64,000 nt of DNA from NCBI GenBank assembly GCA_036009625.1, contig DASYLJ010000090.1, positions 4,590-68,589 of the forward strand, in the 5' to 3' direction. A program made the position numbers and the translations under genes. The notes under the pieces were generated by a model. The model was not told the DNA's origin. It searched no databases and worked only from the letters and a program-made list of their open reading frames with translations. The DNA comes from Candidatus Binatia bacterium (GTDB lineage Bacteria; Desulfobacterota; Binatia; DP-6). Of the stretch, positions 10,560 to 19,719 are shown piece after piece; the first letter of the stretch is position 1, and every line of letters begins with the position of its first letter.

Positions 10560-10629
10560 GGCGGCGCAGAGTGACGTCTACGCCGACGGGGAGTCAAGTG
10601 CGGCCACGGGAATGGGCCCCGACACGCGC

Positions 10630-11634
10630 TCAGTCGCCCAGCCGACGGTCCGACACGAGGTGCTCGCGCACGTACTCCGTCACCGCGTCCGCCAGCGGCG
10701 TCGCCGCCTGCGTCCATCCCGTCGCGCGCAGCCGGCCGACGTCGGCCTGGGTGTGGTACTGGTAGCCCGCGCGCAGCGACTCCGGCATGTCGACGAACTC
10801 GATCGCCGGCGGCCGCCCGAGCGCCGTGAAGATCGGCGTCACCAGATCGAGCCACGTCTGCGCCGTTCCCGAACCGACATTGAACAGCCCCGTCGCCGGT
10901 GACTCGGCGAGGTGCAGTGTCGCCGCGACGGCGTCCTTCACCCACACGAAGTCGCGTTGCTGCTCGCCGTCGCGATAGTCGGGGCGGTGGCTGCGGAAGA
11001 GACGCACCGAGCCGCCGGCGACGATCTGCTCGTACGCCTTCGCCACCACGCTGCGCATGTCGCCCTTGTGCGCCTCGTTCGGGCCGAAGACGTTGAAGTA
11101 CTTGCAACCGACGACCCGATCGAGCACGCCGTGGCGCAGCGCCCAGCGATCGAAGGCGTGCTTCGAGAAGCCGTAGGCATTGCGCGGACGCAGCGTCGCC
11201 AGATCGGCGGTGTCGGACATGCCGGCGCTGCCGTCGCCGTAGGTCGCGGCCGACGAGGCGTACACGAAGCCCGCGCCGCGGCCGAGCGCCCAGGTGGCCA
11301 GCGCCTTCGTGTAGTCGATGTTGTTGTGCACCAGCAGCGACGCGTCGCGCTCCGTCGTCGCCGAGATGGCACCGAGGTGGAACACCGTGCGCACGTCGTC
11401 GAAGTGCGCCGGCGTGGTGCGGAGCGCGTCGAGGAAATCGTCGGCCTCGACGTAGTCGCGGATGCTGAGCGGCACGAGGTTGCGCCACTTGTCCGACGTG
11501 CCGAGCACGTCGGTGACGAGCACGTCGTCGAGCCCGCGCTGGTTGAGCGCCCAGATCAGCGCGCTGCCGATGAAGCCGGCGCCGCCGGTGACGAGGATGC
11601 GGCCGGCATCCAAGCGGGTCTGTGGACGCGTCAT
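10630..11634 (-). CDS. hldD: ADP-glyceromanno-heptose 6-epimerase
   Basis: ATG at 11634. ILVTGGAGFIGSAL Rossmann motif, YGFSK catalytic motif and KYFNVFGPNEAHKGDMRSV, which is typical of HldD/RfaD. 334 aa. Confidence 0.8.
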   Translation of the reverse strand: MTRPQTRLDAGRILVTGGAGFIGSALIWALNQRGLDDVLVTDVLGTSDKWRNLVPLSIRDYVEADDFLDALRTTPAHFDDVRTVFHLGAISATTERDASLLVHNNIDYTKALATWALGRGAGFVYASSAATYGDGSAGMSDTADLATLRPRNAYGFSKHAFDRWALRHGVLDRVVGCKYFNVFGPNEAHKGDMRSVVAKAYEQIVAGGSVRLFRSHRPDYRDGEQQRDFVWVKDAVAATLHLAESPATGLFNVGSGTAQTWLDLVTPIFTALGRPPAIEFVDMPESLRAGYQYHTQADVGRLRATGWTQAATPLADAVTEYVREHLVSDRRLGD

Positions 11635-12152
11635 GCGGGCGGGTTCTGCCGCACCTGCTCGCGCGCGGCAAGCGACGGCGACATCCCCTCGCGCACCCGC
11701 GCCAGGACCAGCGCTGCCGGGACGCCGAGGCCGGACAGGTTCAGGTTGAGCTCGCCGAAGCCGAGGGCGCGGTTGCCTCCGGTCATCGCGCGTTGCAACG
11801 CCGGCAGACGGCGGGTGAATCGCGTCGGGTCGCGGAGCTCGAGTGCCACGAACGTCGTACCGGTGATCGCGCGGATCTCCGCACCGACGATGTCGCTCCA
11901 CGGGATGACGCCGACGCCGAGCGTGCGGTCGAAGACGCCGCGCTCGTCGATGACGATGCGCGGGCGCCGGTCGACGATCTGCCACAGGAAGGTCGCGGCG
12001 GCGACGCCGAACACGATCAGGTTCAACCAGCCGACGACCGGATGCCCCGCCGCGACGACGAGCGTCACACCGATGGCGACGAAGCCGAGGCTCACCGCGA
12101 GCAGCAGCAGGTAGCGCCAGGGCGAGCTGCGGACGACCAGGCGACCCGACAT
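11631..12152 (-). CDS. hypothetical membrane protein (two N-terminal TM helices plus a PH-like soluble part)
   Basis: ATG at 12152 (MSGRLVVRSSPWRYLLLLAVSLGFVAIGV...). ATGA overlap with hldD. No recognisable catalytic motif. Confidence 0.5.
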   Translation of the reverse strand: MSGRLVVRSSPWRYLLLLAVSLGFVAIGVTLVVAAGHPVVGWLNLIVFGVAAATFLWQIVDRRPRIVIDERGVFDRTLGVGVIPWSDIVGAEIRAITGTTFVALELRDPTRFTRRLPALQRAMTGGNRALGFGELNLNLSGLGVPAALVLARVREGMSPSLAAREQVRQNPPA

Positions 12153-12171
12153 CGACGCCACCCTGCCCCGG

Positions 12172-12882
12172 TCAATGCGCCGGTACCAGCCGTATCTCGA
12201 CGCGCCGGTTCCGCGCCCGACCCTCGGGGTCGGCATTCGACGCGACCGGTCGATGCTCGCCCATGCCGGTCGCGACGATGCGCGCGCGCAGCGCCGGATC
12301 GTCCGCGCCCAGCGCCTGCGCCACGCGCGCGGCACGTGCCAGCGACAGCTCGAGGTTCGACGGATAGCGCCCCGACTGGATCGGGCGATCGTCGGTGTGT
12401 CCTTCGACAGCGATCTGGAGGTCGGGCATGGCGTCCGCCAACCGTCGGACCTCGTCGAGGATGGGCGTCGCCCCGGCGAGCAGATCGGCGCTGCTCGACG
12501 GGAAGCCGATGGCTTCGCCCAACGAGAGCGTGACGTCGGTGCCGTTCGCCTTCACCGACACGTCGTCCGGGCGGACCGACGCCGCGGCCACGGCACGCAG
12601 TCGCGCGGCGACGGCATCGAGCCGAGGCGCGGGAGCCGGTGTCGGCGCTGGTGCGGCCGCAACGCGCGGCATGGCAGGCGCGGCGGGCCTGGCGACGACC
12701 GGTGCCGGCGGCGCGACCGGCTCCTTCTTCGGCCGCACGGCCGACCCGAGCGCGGAGCACACGATGACGAACGCGAACAGCTGCAGCACGAGATCGCTGA
12801 ACGTCACCAGCCAGCTGTAGTCGTCCTGTTCCGCAGCCGCAGTGGTGGGCGCGCCGAGCCGACGGCGGAGATCAGGCCGCAT
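12172..12882 (-). CDS. MotB/OmpA-family stator-like protein
   Basis: Single TM helix with the conserved Asp (WLVTFSDLVLQLFAFVIV), a Pro/Ala linker, and a C-terminal OmpA-like peptidoglycan-binding domain (VEGHTDDRP...NRRVEIRL). Confidence 0.75.
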   Translation of the reverse strand: MRPDLRRRLGAPTTAAAEQDDYSWLVTFSDLVLQLFAFVIVCSALGSAVRPKKEPVAPPAPVVARPAAPAMPRVAAAPAPTPAPAPRLDAVAARLRAVAAASVRPDDVSVKANGTDVTLSLGEAIGFPSSSADLLAGATPILDEVRRLADAMPDLQIAVEGHTDDRPIQSGRYPSNLELSLARAARVAQALGADDPALRARIVATGMGEHRPVASNADPEGRARNRRVEIRLVPAH

Positions 12883-13687
12883 GGTCGCGCACGAACGAGG
12901 TGCGAGCCGGCATGACGGGCGCCGGGGGCAGACCGAGATGCGCGCGCAGGACGCGATCGATCTGGCTCGGGTACTCGGCGCGCAGGACGAGCAGCGCGCC
13001 TTCGATCATCGCCTCGAGGCGCATCGTCTGGCGCGCGATGTACGTCTGCACACGGGTCGCGAGCGGCAGCATGACGACGTTCGACATCACCGCGCCGTAG
13101 AGCGTCGTCAGCACGGCGATGGCGAGCCCCGGCCCGATGCGGCCCACCTCGGCCGCGTCGAGGTTCCGCAGCAGGAGCGCCAATCCGATCAGCGTGCCGA
13201 TCAGCCCGAAGGCCGGGAAGAGGCGGCCGAGCGTCAGGAGCACCTGACGCGATGCCTCGATGGCATCGATACGGGTGCGCGCCTCGGCGCACAGCATGGC
13301 GACGCACTCGTCGCGGTCGTCGACCTCGAGGCCGAGCACCACGGCGCGGCGCAGAAACGGCTCGGGGACGCCGAGCGTCGCCCGCTCGAGGGCAGGCACG
13401 CCGTCCACGCGATGGGCACGCGCCAGCCGCTTCACCGACGTGATCAGCGGCTCGGGGTCATCCGCCGCCGTCAACGCCGCCTGCAGATCGGCCCAGGTGG
13501 CCTTGATGCGGTCACGTGGAAACGTCGCCGCCGCCACGGCCAGGGGCCCACCCAGCGTGATCGCCAGGGACGTGACGTCGAGGAAGCCGCTCAGACCAGC
13601 CGCCACGGCGACGATCAGGACGGCGACGAGGCCCGGGCCAATGGGACCCGACCGACGGAATGCGCGCACGAGCGCCAGGGGACGCAT
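12872..13687 (-). CDS. MotA/TolQ/ExbB proton-channel family protein
   Basis: ATG at 13687. Channel signature LGRLFPAFGLIGTLIGL...AIAVLTTLYGAVMSNVVMLP. Overlaps the MotB-like gene by 11 nt. Confidence 0.75.
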   Translation of the reverse strand: MRPLALVRAFRRSGPIGPGLVAVLIVAVAAGLSGFLDVTSLAITLGGPLAVAAATFPRDRIKATWADLQAALTAADDPEPLITSVKRLARAHRVDGVPALERATLGVPEPFLRRAVVLGLEVDDRDECVAMLCAEARTRIDAIEASRQVLLTLGRLFPAFGLIGTLIGLALLLRNLDAAEVGRIGPGLAIAVLTTLYGAVMSNVVMLPLATRVQTYIARQTMRLEAMIEGALLVLRAEYPSQIDRVLRAHLGLPPAPVMPARTSFVRDHAA

Positions 13688-13763
13688 GCCGACACCAGCA
13701 CGCGGGGTGCCAGACGGCGCGCCGCGTCCAGCATCGCGCTGCCGCCGGCGCGGCGGGCAGATA

Positions 13764-14378
13764 TCACCCCTCGGTGGGCAAACCCTGCCGCTCGCGATGC
13801 CAGGCGAGCGCGTCCTCGAGGCGGTCGTTGCCCCAGAACAGCTCGGCCCCCGAGACGAACGTCGGCGCGCCGAAGATGCCGAGCGCCATCGCCTGCTCGG
13901 TCTGGTGGCGAAGCGCATCCTTCACCTCGGGCGCCTGCACCCGCTCGAGCATCGCCACGGCGTCCTGCCCCACCCCGTCGAGCACGGTGGCCAGCACGTC
14001 GGGGCTCGCGATGTCGCGGTCCTCGGCGAAGTTGGCGCGATAGACGGCGCGCACGAACGCCGGTCCCCACGGCTCGGCGGCACCCACCAGTGCCACCCGC
14101 GCCGCCATGAGCCCATTGCGCGGGAAGCGCGACGGCCGCACCAGCGGCACGTCGAGACCGGTGCAGATGCGCTCCAGGTCGCGCCACATGTATCGACCCT
14201 TTGCCGGATAGATGTTGAACGGCGAGTCGTTCCAGCCCTGCTGCCCGAAGACCGGTCCGAGCAGGAAGGGCTTCCACACCAAGGGCACGCTGGCCGCAGC
14301 GGCGGCCTCCTCGATCCGCATCGCCGCGGGGTAGGAGTAGGTGCTGGCGAACTCGAACCAGAATTCGAGTGGACGCAT
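13764..14378 (-). CDS. 2-hydroxychromene-2-carboxylate isomerase (DsbA-like) family protein
   Basis: FWFEFASTYSYPA...GIFGAPTFVSGAELFWGNDRLEDAL is typical of HCCA isomerase / DsbA-family proteins. Confidence 0.75.
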   Translation of the reverse strand: MRPLEFWFEFASTYSYPAAMRIEEAAAAASVPLVWKPFLLGPVFGQQGWNDSPFNIYPAKGRYMWRDLERICTGLDVPLVRPSRFPRNGLMAARVALVGAAEPWGPAFVRAVYRANFAEDRDIASPDVLATVLDGVGQDAVAMLERVQAPEVKDALRHQTEQAMALGIFGAPTFVSGAELFWGNDRLEDALAWHRERQGLPTEG

Positions 14379-14387
14379 GGCCTGCGC

Positions 14388-14891
14388 TTACGGGACGGGC
14401 TCCGCCGTGGCAAGGGAGAGCAACACGTCGGCCACCGCCTCCTTGTGCTCGACGAGGACGCAGCGCACGGTCGCCTCGGCGCCGAGGAGCAGCTGCCCGA
14501 GCGTGGCGGCGTCGGCATCGAGGACACAGGCCAGCACCCGCGGCGCGTGCGACTTCAGCGTGCGCTCGACGGTGCGATAGAAGCGCTCCGCGCCGTCGTC
14601 GGCGCATACCAGCAGGCGCGAGACGCGGACGTCCTGCCCAGCGAGGAGGCCGCGGCGTTGCGCGTCGAGTGACGCAACGGCGTCCTCGAGCCCGCGTCGC
14701 ATCCGCCCCGTGCTGCGGGCGCGGACCAGCGCCGCGTCGAGCGCCGGCGTGCGCTCGAGCCACGGCACGACGATCTCGCCACGCGTCCAGAGCGGCAACG
14801 CATGCGCCGACAGCACGCGCCGCACCTCGTCGATGCGTACATCCGCCTCCACCTGCCGCGGCAGCGGCGGCAGGATCAGGCCCGCGTCCAC
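14388..14891 (-). CDS. hypothetical protein (C-terminal part weakly L7Ae/YlxQ-like)
   Basis: Reading frame of ORF 14388..15692. The most plausible start is the GTG at 14891, which overlaps the end of tag. Upstream of that, the frame is antisense-overlapped by tag and the GFA gene. Confidence 0.4.
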   Translation of the reverse strand: MDAGLILPPLPRQVEADVRIDEVRRVLSAHALPLWTRGEIVVPWLERTPALDAALVRARSTGRMRRGLEDAVASLDAQRRGLLAGQDVRVSRLLVCADDGAERFYRTVERTLKSHAPRVLACVLDADAATLGQLLLGAEATVRCVLVEHKEAVADVLLSLATAEPVP

Positions 14892-15409
14892 GGTGGCTTT
14901 CGGCGCAGGACGCGTGCGTACACCGGGCACGTCTCGGCGTGCGCCCCGGGCAGGTAGCCGGTACTCATCAGGAACTCCCCCGTGATCTCGCCGCCGGTGA
15001 AGCGGAACGTCTGTTTGAAGAGCCGCACCCACTCGGCCTTGGGGCGCGGATGGTGGGCGTCGAGCCAGGCGGCGAACGAGCCGTGCGTGTCGCGCAGCGC
15101 CAGCACGCGACGCGCGTTCTCGATGGCTGCATCGACCTTGAGCTGGTTGCGGATGATGCCGGTGTCGGCGAGCAGCCGGCGGCGTTCGCGGGCGCCGTAC
15201 GCGGCCACCCGTTCGAGCGCGAATCCGTCGTAGGCGGCGCGGAAGGCGTCGCGCTTCTTGAGAATGGTCAACCAGGACAGGCCGGCCTGGTTGATCTCGA
15301 GCACGAGGCGTTCGAAGAGCGCATCGTCGTCGCGCAGCGGAAAGCCGTACTCGCGGTCGTGGTAGGGGCCGTGGAACGGATGGCCGGGCGCGATCGCACA
15401 GTAGCTCAT
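14876..15409 (-). CDS. tag: DNA-3-methyladenine glycosylase I
   Basis: YHDREYGFP...ERLVLEINQAGLSWLTILKKRDAFR...TGGEITGEFLMSTGYLPGAH. Confidence 0.9.
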   Translation of the reverse strand: MSYCAIAPGHPFHGPYHDREYGFPLRDDDALFERLVLEINQAGLSWLTILKKRDAFRAAYDGFALERVAAYGARERRRLLADTGIIRNQLKVDAAIENARRVLALRDTHGSFAAWLDAHHPRPKAEWVRLFKQTFRFTGGEITGEFLMSTGYLPGAHAETCPVYARVLRRKPPWTRA

Positions 15410-15817
15410 TCAGGCGACGACCGGGGGCCGGGCGCCGGCGTGTCGCGGCAGGCCGTCGGCGAGACGCACCCACGGGACCTGCTGCTGGGTGAAGATGTGG
15501 TCCTCGGGCGCGAGCGCGGCGGGATCGTCGAGGCTGCAGGCGGTGACGTCGACGTCGGGCCGGTCGTGGCGGCGGTAGGTGAGCGGCGTCCCGCAGCGGC
15601 CGCAGAACGTGCGCTCGACGCCGGGCGACGACGCATGTCGCACGAGTGTGCCCTGCATGATGACCAGCGACGGCGCGGCCACGCTGAACCACGTCATGAA
15701 CGGCGCGGCACTGCTGCGCCGGCAGTCGACACAGTGGCAGTGGGTGACGTCGAACGGCCTGTCACCGGCGCGATAGCGCACGGCGCCGCAGCGACATCCT
15801 CCCTCCAGATCGGCCAT
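15410..15817 (-). CDS. GFA (glutathione-dependent formaldehyde-activating / CENP-V) family protein
   Basis: Zn-binding Cys pattern GGCRCGAVRY...HCHCVDCRR...FCGRCGTPL. Confidence 0.8.
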   Translation of the reverse strand: MADLEGGCRCGAVRYRAGDRPFDVTHCHCVDCRRSSAAPFMTWFSVAAPSLVIMQGTLVRHASSPGVERTFCGRCGTPLTYRRHDRPDVDVTACSLDDPAALAPEDHIFTQQQVPWVRLADGLPRHAGARPPVVA

Positions 15818-15892
15818 GCGTGGTTCTCGGCGCCCACCGTGCGCCAGTCAAGCGTTCGACACGTTCGCGGGCTTCGACTACGACGCCGCCCG

Positions 15893-16189
15893 ATGCACGA
15901 CGTGGACTCCGCCACCACGGCCCTGGGCTTCGCCGCGGCGACGCTGACGACGGTGGCATTCGCGCCGCAGCTGGTCCGAGTGCTGCGGACGCGGTCCGCC
16001 GAAGACCTGTCGTTGGCGATGCTCGGCATATTCAACCTCGGGGTGCTGCTCTGGCTGGTCTACGGCGTGCGCGTGTGGGCGATGCCCATCATCGCCGCCA
16101 ACGCCGTCACGCTCGCGCAGAGCGGCGCGCTCCTGGTGCTCAAGGTGCGCTACGACCGCGCCAATGCGCGCTCGATCCAGCGTCGATAG
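15893..16189 (+). CDS. SemiSWEET / PQ-loop family transporter
   Basis: ATG at 15893 inside the long ORF 14369..16189. 98 aa with three TM helices and a PQ motif (VAFAPQLVRVLRTRSAEDLS). Confidence 0.7.
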   Translation: MHDVDSATTALGFAAATLTTVAFAPQLVRVLRTRSAEDLSLAMLGIFNLGVLLWLVYGVRVWAMPIIAANAVTLAQSGALLVLKVRYDRANARSIQRR

Positions 16190-16767
16190 CTGCCGATCGG
16201 CAGCGCACCCGTCACCGGCACGTCGCCGCCGACCAGCATGGCCGCAGGGACGCCGCTCAGGCCGAGCGTCACGGCGGCGTTGTGCTCATCGACCACCTGC
16301 TGCAGGACCGCGGGGTCGCCGGCGCGGAGGAAGGCGTCGGGTGGGAGGCCGGCCTCGGCCCAGAGCGTCACCAGCGTCGCGGCGTGGGTGATGTCGCGGT
16401 TCTCGGCGAAGTACGCTTCGAGGAGGCGGCCATGCATGCGGTGGAACGCGTCTGGCCCGAGCGCCGCGGCGGCTTTGGCGACCAGGTGCGGCGGCACGCT
16501 GTGCGACGGCGGACCCGCGTCGCTCTCCCAGGGACGGAACACCGGCGCGTCCGATTCCTCCGCCGGCCGCAGCCAGGACTGCGTGTAGGCACGGAACTTC
16601 TCGAGCGTGCGCGACGGATCGGGATGCGGCCGCAGCAGGAACGTCCGCCATTCGAGCGTGACGGCATCGCCGAACTCGGCGACGACGCGCTCGAGTCGCT
16701 GCGTGGCGATGTAGCACCACGGGCAGAGGTAGTCCGACCACACGACGAGGCCGAGCGAGGCCGTCAT
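16150..16767 (-). CDS. DsbA family oxidoreductase
   Basis: ATG at 16767. Thioredoxin-fold CxxC motif (SDYLCPWCY). The 3' ends of this gene and the SemiSWEET gene overlap convergently by 40 nt. Confidence 0.75.
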   Translation of the reverse strand: MTASLGLVVWSDYLCPWCYIATQRLERVVAEFGDAVTLEWRTFLLRPHPDPSRTLEKFRAYTQSWLRPAEESDAPVFRPWESDAGPPSHSVPPHLVAKAAAALGPDAFHRMHGRLLEAYFAENRDITHAATLVTLWAEAGLPPDAFLRAGDPAVLQQVVDEHNAAVTLGLSGVPAAMLVGGDVPVTGALPIGSYRRWIERALARS

Positions 16768-17138
16768 CGGCCGCCCACCACGGGATGCTCCTCCGCGATC
16801 CAGAGCGGCGAGCGCGCGAGATCGATGAAGCGTCGCTCGTCCTCGAGCAGCGCCAGGCTCGCCGCCCGTCCGGCGTCGGAGGCCGTCGCGGCCGCGATCG
16901 CGTCGGCGCTGTCCCACCACAGCTCGGCGATGCCGTCGAACGCCTCCGGCCCTCCCCGGCTCGCCGCCAGGGCGGCGTTCATCGGATGGTCGAGGGTGTG
17001 GACCTGCACGTAGCGCCGTATCTGCAGCGTCTCGGCGACGCTCGCCACGAGCGGGCCGTGCGTCTCGCGCCAGTAGCGCTGAAACGCCTCACGCGTGAGA
17101 TGCGGCAGGCGACGGACGCAGAAGACCAGCTTCACCAT
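16764..17138 (-). CDS. EthD family reductase
   Basis: ATG at 17138 (MVKLVFCVRRLPHLTREAFQRYWRETHGPLV). ATGA overlap with the DsbA-family gene. Confidence 0.7.
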   Translation of the reverse strand: MVKLVFCVRRLPHLTREAFQRYWRETHGPLVASVAETLQIRRYVQVHTLDHPMNAALAASRGGPEAFDGIAELWWDSADAIAAATASDAGRAASLALLEDERRFIDLARSPLWIAEEHPVVGGR

Positions 17139-17152
17139 CAGGGCGTCTCCCC

Positions 17153-18472
17153 TCAGAGGGCCACGCCGAGCTGTACCGCGAGAACGAGGGCGTCGTCGAC
17201 CCGTCCGGTGGCGTTCGGATTGATGACGCCCTGCAGGTCGGGTTGGATGTAGAGCCACGGAAAGATGTCGACCCGATAGTTCAGCTCGAGGATGGCCTCG
17301 TAGGTCTGCCCCGGCTTGCCGTCGCTGCGCTGCATGCGACGGAGATCGCGGCTGCTGCGTCCGTAGACACCGAACAGCCCGAGGACGTCGTGCGGGCGGC
17401 CCGGAATCGGCCCTTCCCAGAGCACGCCATCGTCGAGGAACCACTGCTGCTGGTTGACGTCGGGGGGAGCCCACGCGAGGGCCACGAACGGCGTGATGCC
17501 GAGCCCATGCGCGCCCGTCGAGCGGAAGACGCGCTGATCGAGCGCGGTGTAGAGCCCCCACGACGCCGGCGCCTGGCGACCGCTGCGGAACTCGGTGTGC
17601 TGCTCGGTGTCGTACCAGCCGCCGAGCTTGTAGTGACCGCGCAGCCCGGGGGAAATCTCCGGCAGCCAGCCGATCTCGTTCATGCTGGCGACGCCGCTGT
17701 CCTCGTGGATCGTGAAGTCGACGCCGTGGAAGCGGTTGGCGCGGAACGGCGCGTACGTGTTGTAGGCGCCGGTCATCAGATAGAGCTCGTCGGTCGCCCA
17801 CCAGCGGCCGCGCGCGCCCCACGCTGTGTTGGGATAGCTCGACACCGAGACGTCGATGGGAATGCTGAGCGGGTTGCCGCACAGCCCGAGGTTCTGCGCG
17901 TAGCAGTAGAGCGGCGACGCGATGAAGTCGTCGAGCGCGTCGATACGCCCGGCCACCAGGTCGAGGCGCTCGTCGAGGAGCTGCGTCTCGAACGCCATGA
18001 CGACGAGGCGGGACGTCTGCGCGCCGAAGATCTCCTGCACCGCGAACTGGTTCGGGATGTCCTTCGAGAGGCTGTTGCCGGCACGATTCGACATCGACGC
18101 CACGAACCGCGTGTGCGGCAGCGACAGCAGCTTCTCCAGATCGACGAACATCGCCGCGTCGACGTTGTGCGTGTAGCGCGCGCGATGCTTGCGTCCGCCG
18201 ACGGGATTGCCGGCGGCCTCGAGCACGTACGCGGCACCGAACGCGACCCCGCGATCGGCGAGCCAGCTGCGCGCGCCGCCCCAGTCGCCGCTCAGCGTCG
18301 CCGCGCCCTCCACCTGGCGCGCGCCGAACTGGCGCCCGACCCCGAGCACGCCCCAACCGTCCCCCGTGTCGGACGAGGGCGGCGCCATCCACGTCGTCCC
18401 GGGTGGCGACTTCGCGGCGGCGGTCGAGAGCAGCGTGACGAGGAACAGGGCGGCGAGACAGCGTACGAGCAT
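17153..18472 (-). CDS. carbohydrate-selective porin (OprB family)
   Basis: Start at the ATG at 18472 (MLVRCLAALFLVTLLSTAAA signal peptide). OprB-like beta-barrel sequence ending in aromatic/hydrophobic strands (LELNYRVDIFPWLYIQPDLQGVINPN). Confidence 0.7.
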   Translation of the reverse strand: MLVRCLAALFLVTLLSTAAAKSPPGTTWMAPPSSDTGDGWGVLGVGRQFGARQVEGAATLSGDWGGARSWLADRGVAFGAAYVLEAAGNPVGGRKHRARYTHNVDAAMFVDLEKLLSLPHTRFVASMSNRAGNSLSKDIPNQFAVQEIFGAQTSRLVVMAFETQLLDERLDLVAGRIDALDDFIASPLYCYAQNLGLCGNPLSIPIDVSVSSYPNTAWGARGRWWATDELYLMTGAYNTYAPFRANRFHGVDFTIHEDSGVASMNEIGWLPEISPGLRGHYKLGGWYDTEQHTEFRSGRQAPASWGLYTALDQRVFRSTGAHGLGITPFVALAWAPPDVNQQQWFLDDGVLWEGPIPGRPHDVLGLFGVYGRSSRDLRRMQRSDGKPGQTYEAILELNYRVDIFPWLYIQPDLQGVINPNATGRVDDALVLAVQLGVAL

Positions 18473-18583
18473 ACGAGTCTCCGCGCGGGACGTCCGAGCG
18501 CCCGCAGCCACCCCTCGCGTTCCCCCCCGAGAGTCCGCCACCGCGGCGCGCATATCGCACGCCGCGGGCGCGGGTCCAAACGG

Positions 18584-19699
18584 TCAGGCGCCGGCGGCGA
18601 TGAGCTCGCCGAGTCGCGCGAGCTGGCGCGCGCCCGAGCCCATGGTGAGCTCGATCGCCTTCGACCAGAGGTAGTAGCGGTACAGCGGGTAGTCGGTGTC
18701 GACGCCGATGCCACCGTGCAGATGCTGCGCGGTGTACGCGATGCGATGCCCGGCGTCGGCGGCCCAGAACTTCGCCGACAGCACCTCGGCGTGCGCCGGC
18801 CGGCCCTCGTCCAGCAGCCACGCCGCCTGCCACAACGTCAGCCGGATGCCCTCGACGTCGATGAAGGCGTCGGCGGCACGCTGCTGCACCGCCTGGAAGC
18901 TGGCGATGGCGCGATCGAACTGCTTGCGCTCGATGGTGTACTGCGCGGTCATGCGCAGCGCACGATCGACGACGCCGAGCTCGAGCGCGCACAGTCCCAC
19001 CGTGGCGTGATCGACGAGCCATTCGACGATGGCCGTGCCCGCCATGGGATCGCCGAGCACGTCGTCGGCGATGGCGCCCGTCAGCGTCATGCGCGACAGC
19101 GGCTCCTTGTTGGTGGCGATCTGGCGCTCGAGGGTGACACCCTGCGCCTGCGGATCGATCAGGAAGACGCCGATCGTCCCGTCACCGGTGCGTGCCGGCA
19201 CGAGCACGCGCGCGGCGAGGTGGGCCGCGGGCACGCACTGCTTCACGCCCTCGAGACGCCAGCCGTCGCCGTCCCGCACGGCGCGTGTCTCCGGCGCTGC
19301 CGGATCCTCGGCCGGGAACTCGGTGAGCGCTGCGGTCAGGATGACGTCGCCCGAGACGACACCGGGCAGCCACTTCGCCTTCTGCTCCGCCGTACCGAAC
19401 GCGGCGATGGGTGCCGCGCCCAGCAGCGCCGTCGCCCACACCGGCACCGGTGCAACCGTGCCGCCCACCTGCTCGAGCACGAGGCAGAGCTCGACGAGCC
19501 CGAGGCCGACGCCGCCGTACTCCTCGGGCAGCGCCAGGCCGAGGAGGCTGGCCTTGGCGAGCGCGCCCCAGAGATCACGATCGAACCAGTCGGGTGTCTG
19601 CTCGATGGCCTTGAGACGATCCTGGGTGACGTGGTCCTGACAGATCTGCTTGGCGAGGTCCCGCAGGGCCTCCTGATCGGGGCTGAAGGCGAAATCCAT
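18584..19699 (-). CDS. acyl-CoA dehydrogenase family protein
   Basis: ATG at 19699 (MDFAFSPDQEALRDLAKQ). ACAD N-terminal, middle and C-terminal domains are recognisable (QHLHGGIGV). 371 aa. Confidence 0.85.
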   Translation of the reverse strand: MDFAFSPDQEALRDLAKQICQDHVTQDRLKAIEQTPDWFDRDLWGALAKASLLGLALPEEYGGVGLGLVELCLVLEQVGGTVAPVPVWATALLGAAPIAAFGTAEQKAKWLPGVVSGDVILTAALTEFPAEDPAAPETRAVRDGDGWRLEGVKQCVPAAHLAARVLVPARTGDGTIGVFLIDPQAQGVTLERQIATNKEPLSRMTLTGAIADDVLGDPMAGTAIVEWLVDHATVGLCALELGVVDRALRMTAQYTIERKQFDRAIASFQAVQQRAADAFIDVEGIRLTLWQAAWLLDEGRPAHAEVLSAKFWAADAGHRIAYTAQHLHGGIGVDTDYPLYRYYLWSKAIELTMGSGARQLARLGELIAAGA

Positions 19700-19719
19700 G
19701 ATGATCGATCTCCGTTGGC

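Noticed and set aside
11631-13687. The MotA/MotB pair as a Zorya-type anti-phage system.
   Set aside because: The MotA-like protein is only 272 aa and lacks the long ZorA C-terminal tail. No ZorC/ZorD-like (helicase/nuclease) genes are adjacent. It is kept only as an orphan-stator observation.
16150-16189. 40-nt convergent overlap between the 3' ends of the SemiSWEET and DsbA-family genes, considered as a possible antisense regulatory feature.
   Set aside because: Both C-terminal tails are plausible but poorly constrained. Either stop could simply reflect a non-conserved tail. Short convergent overlaps are common in compact high-GC genomes.
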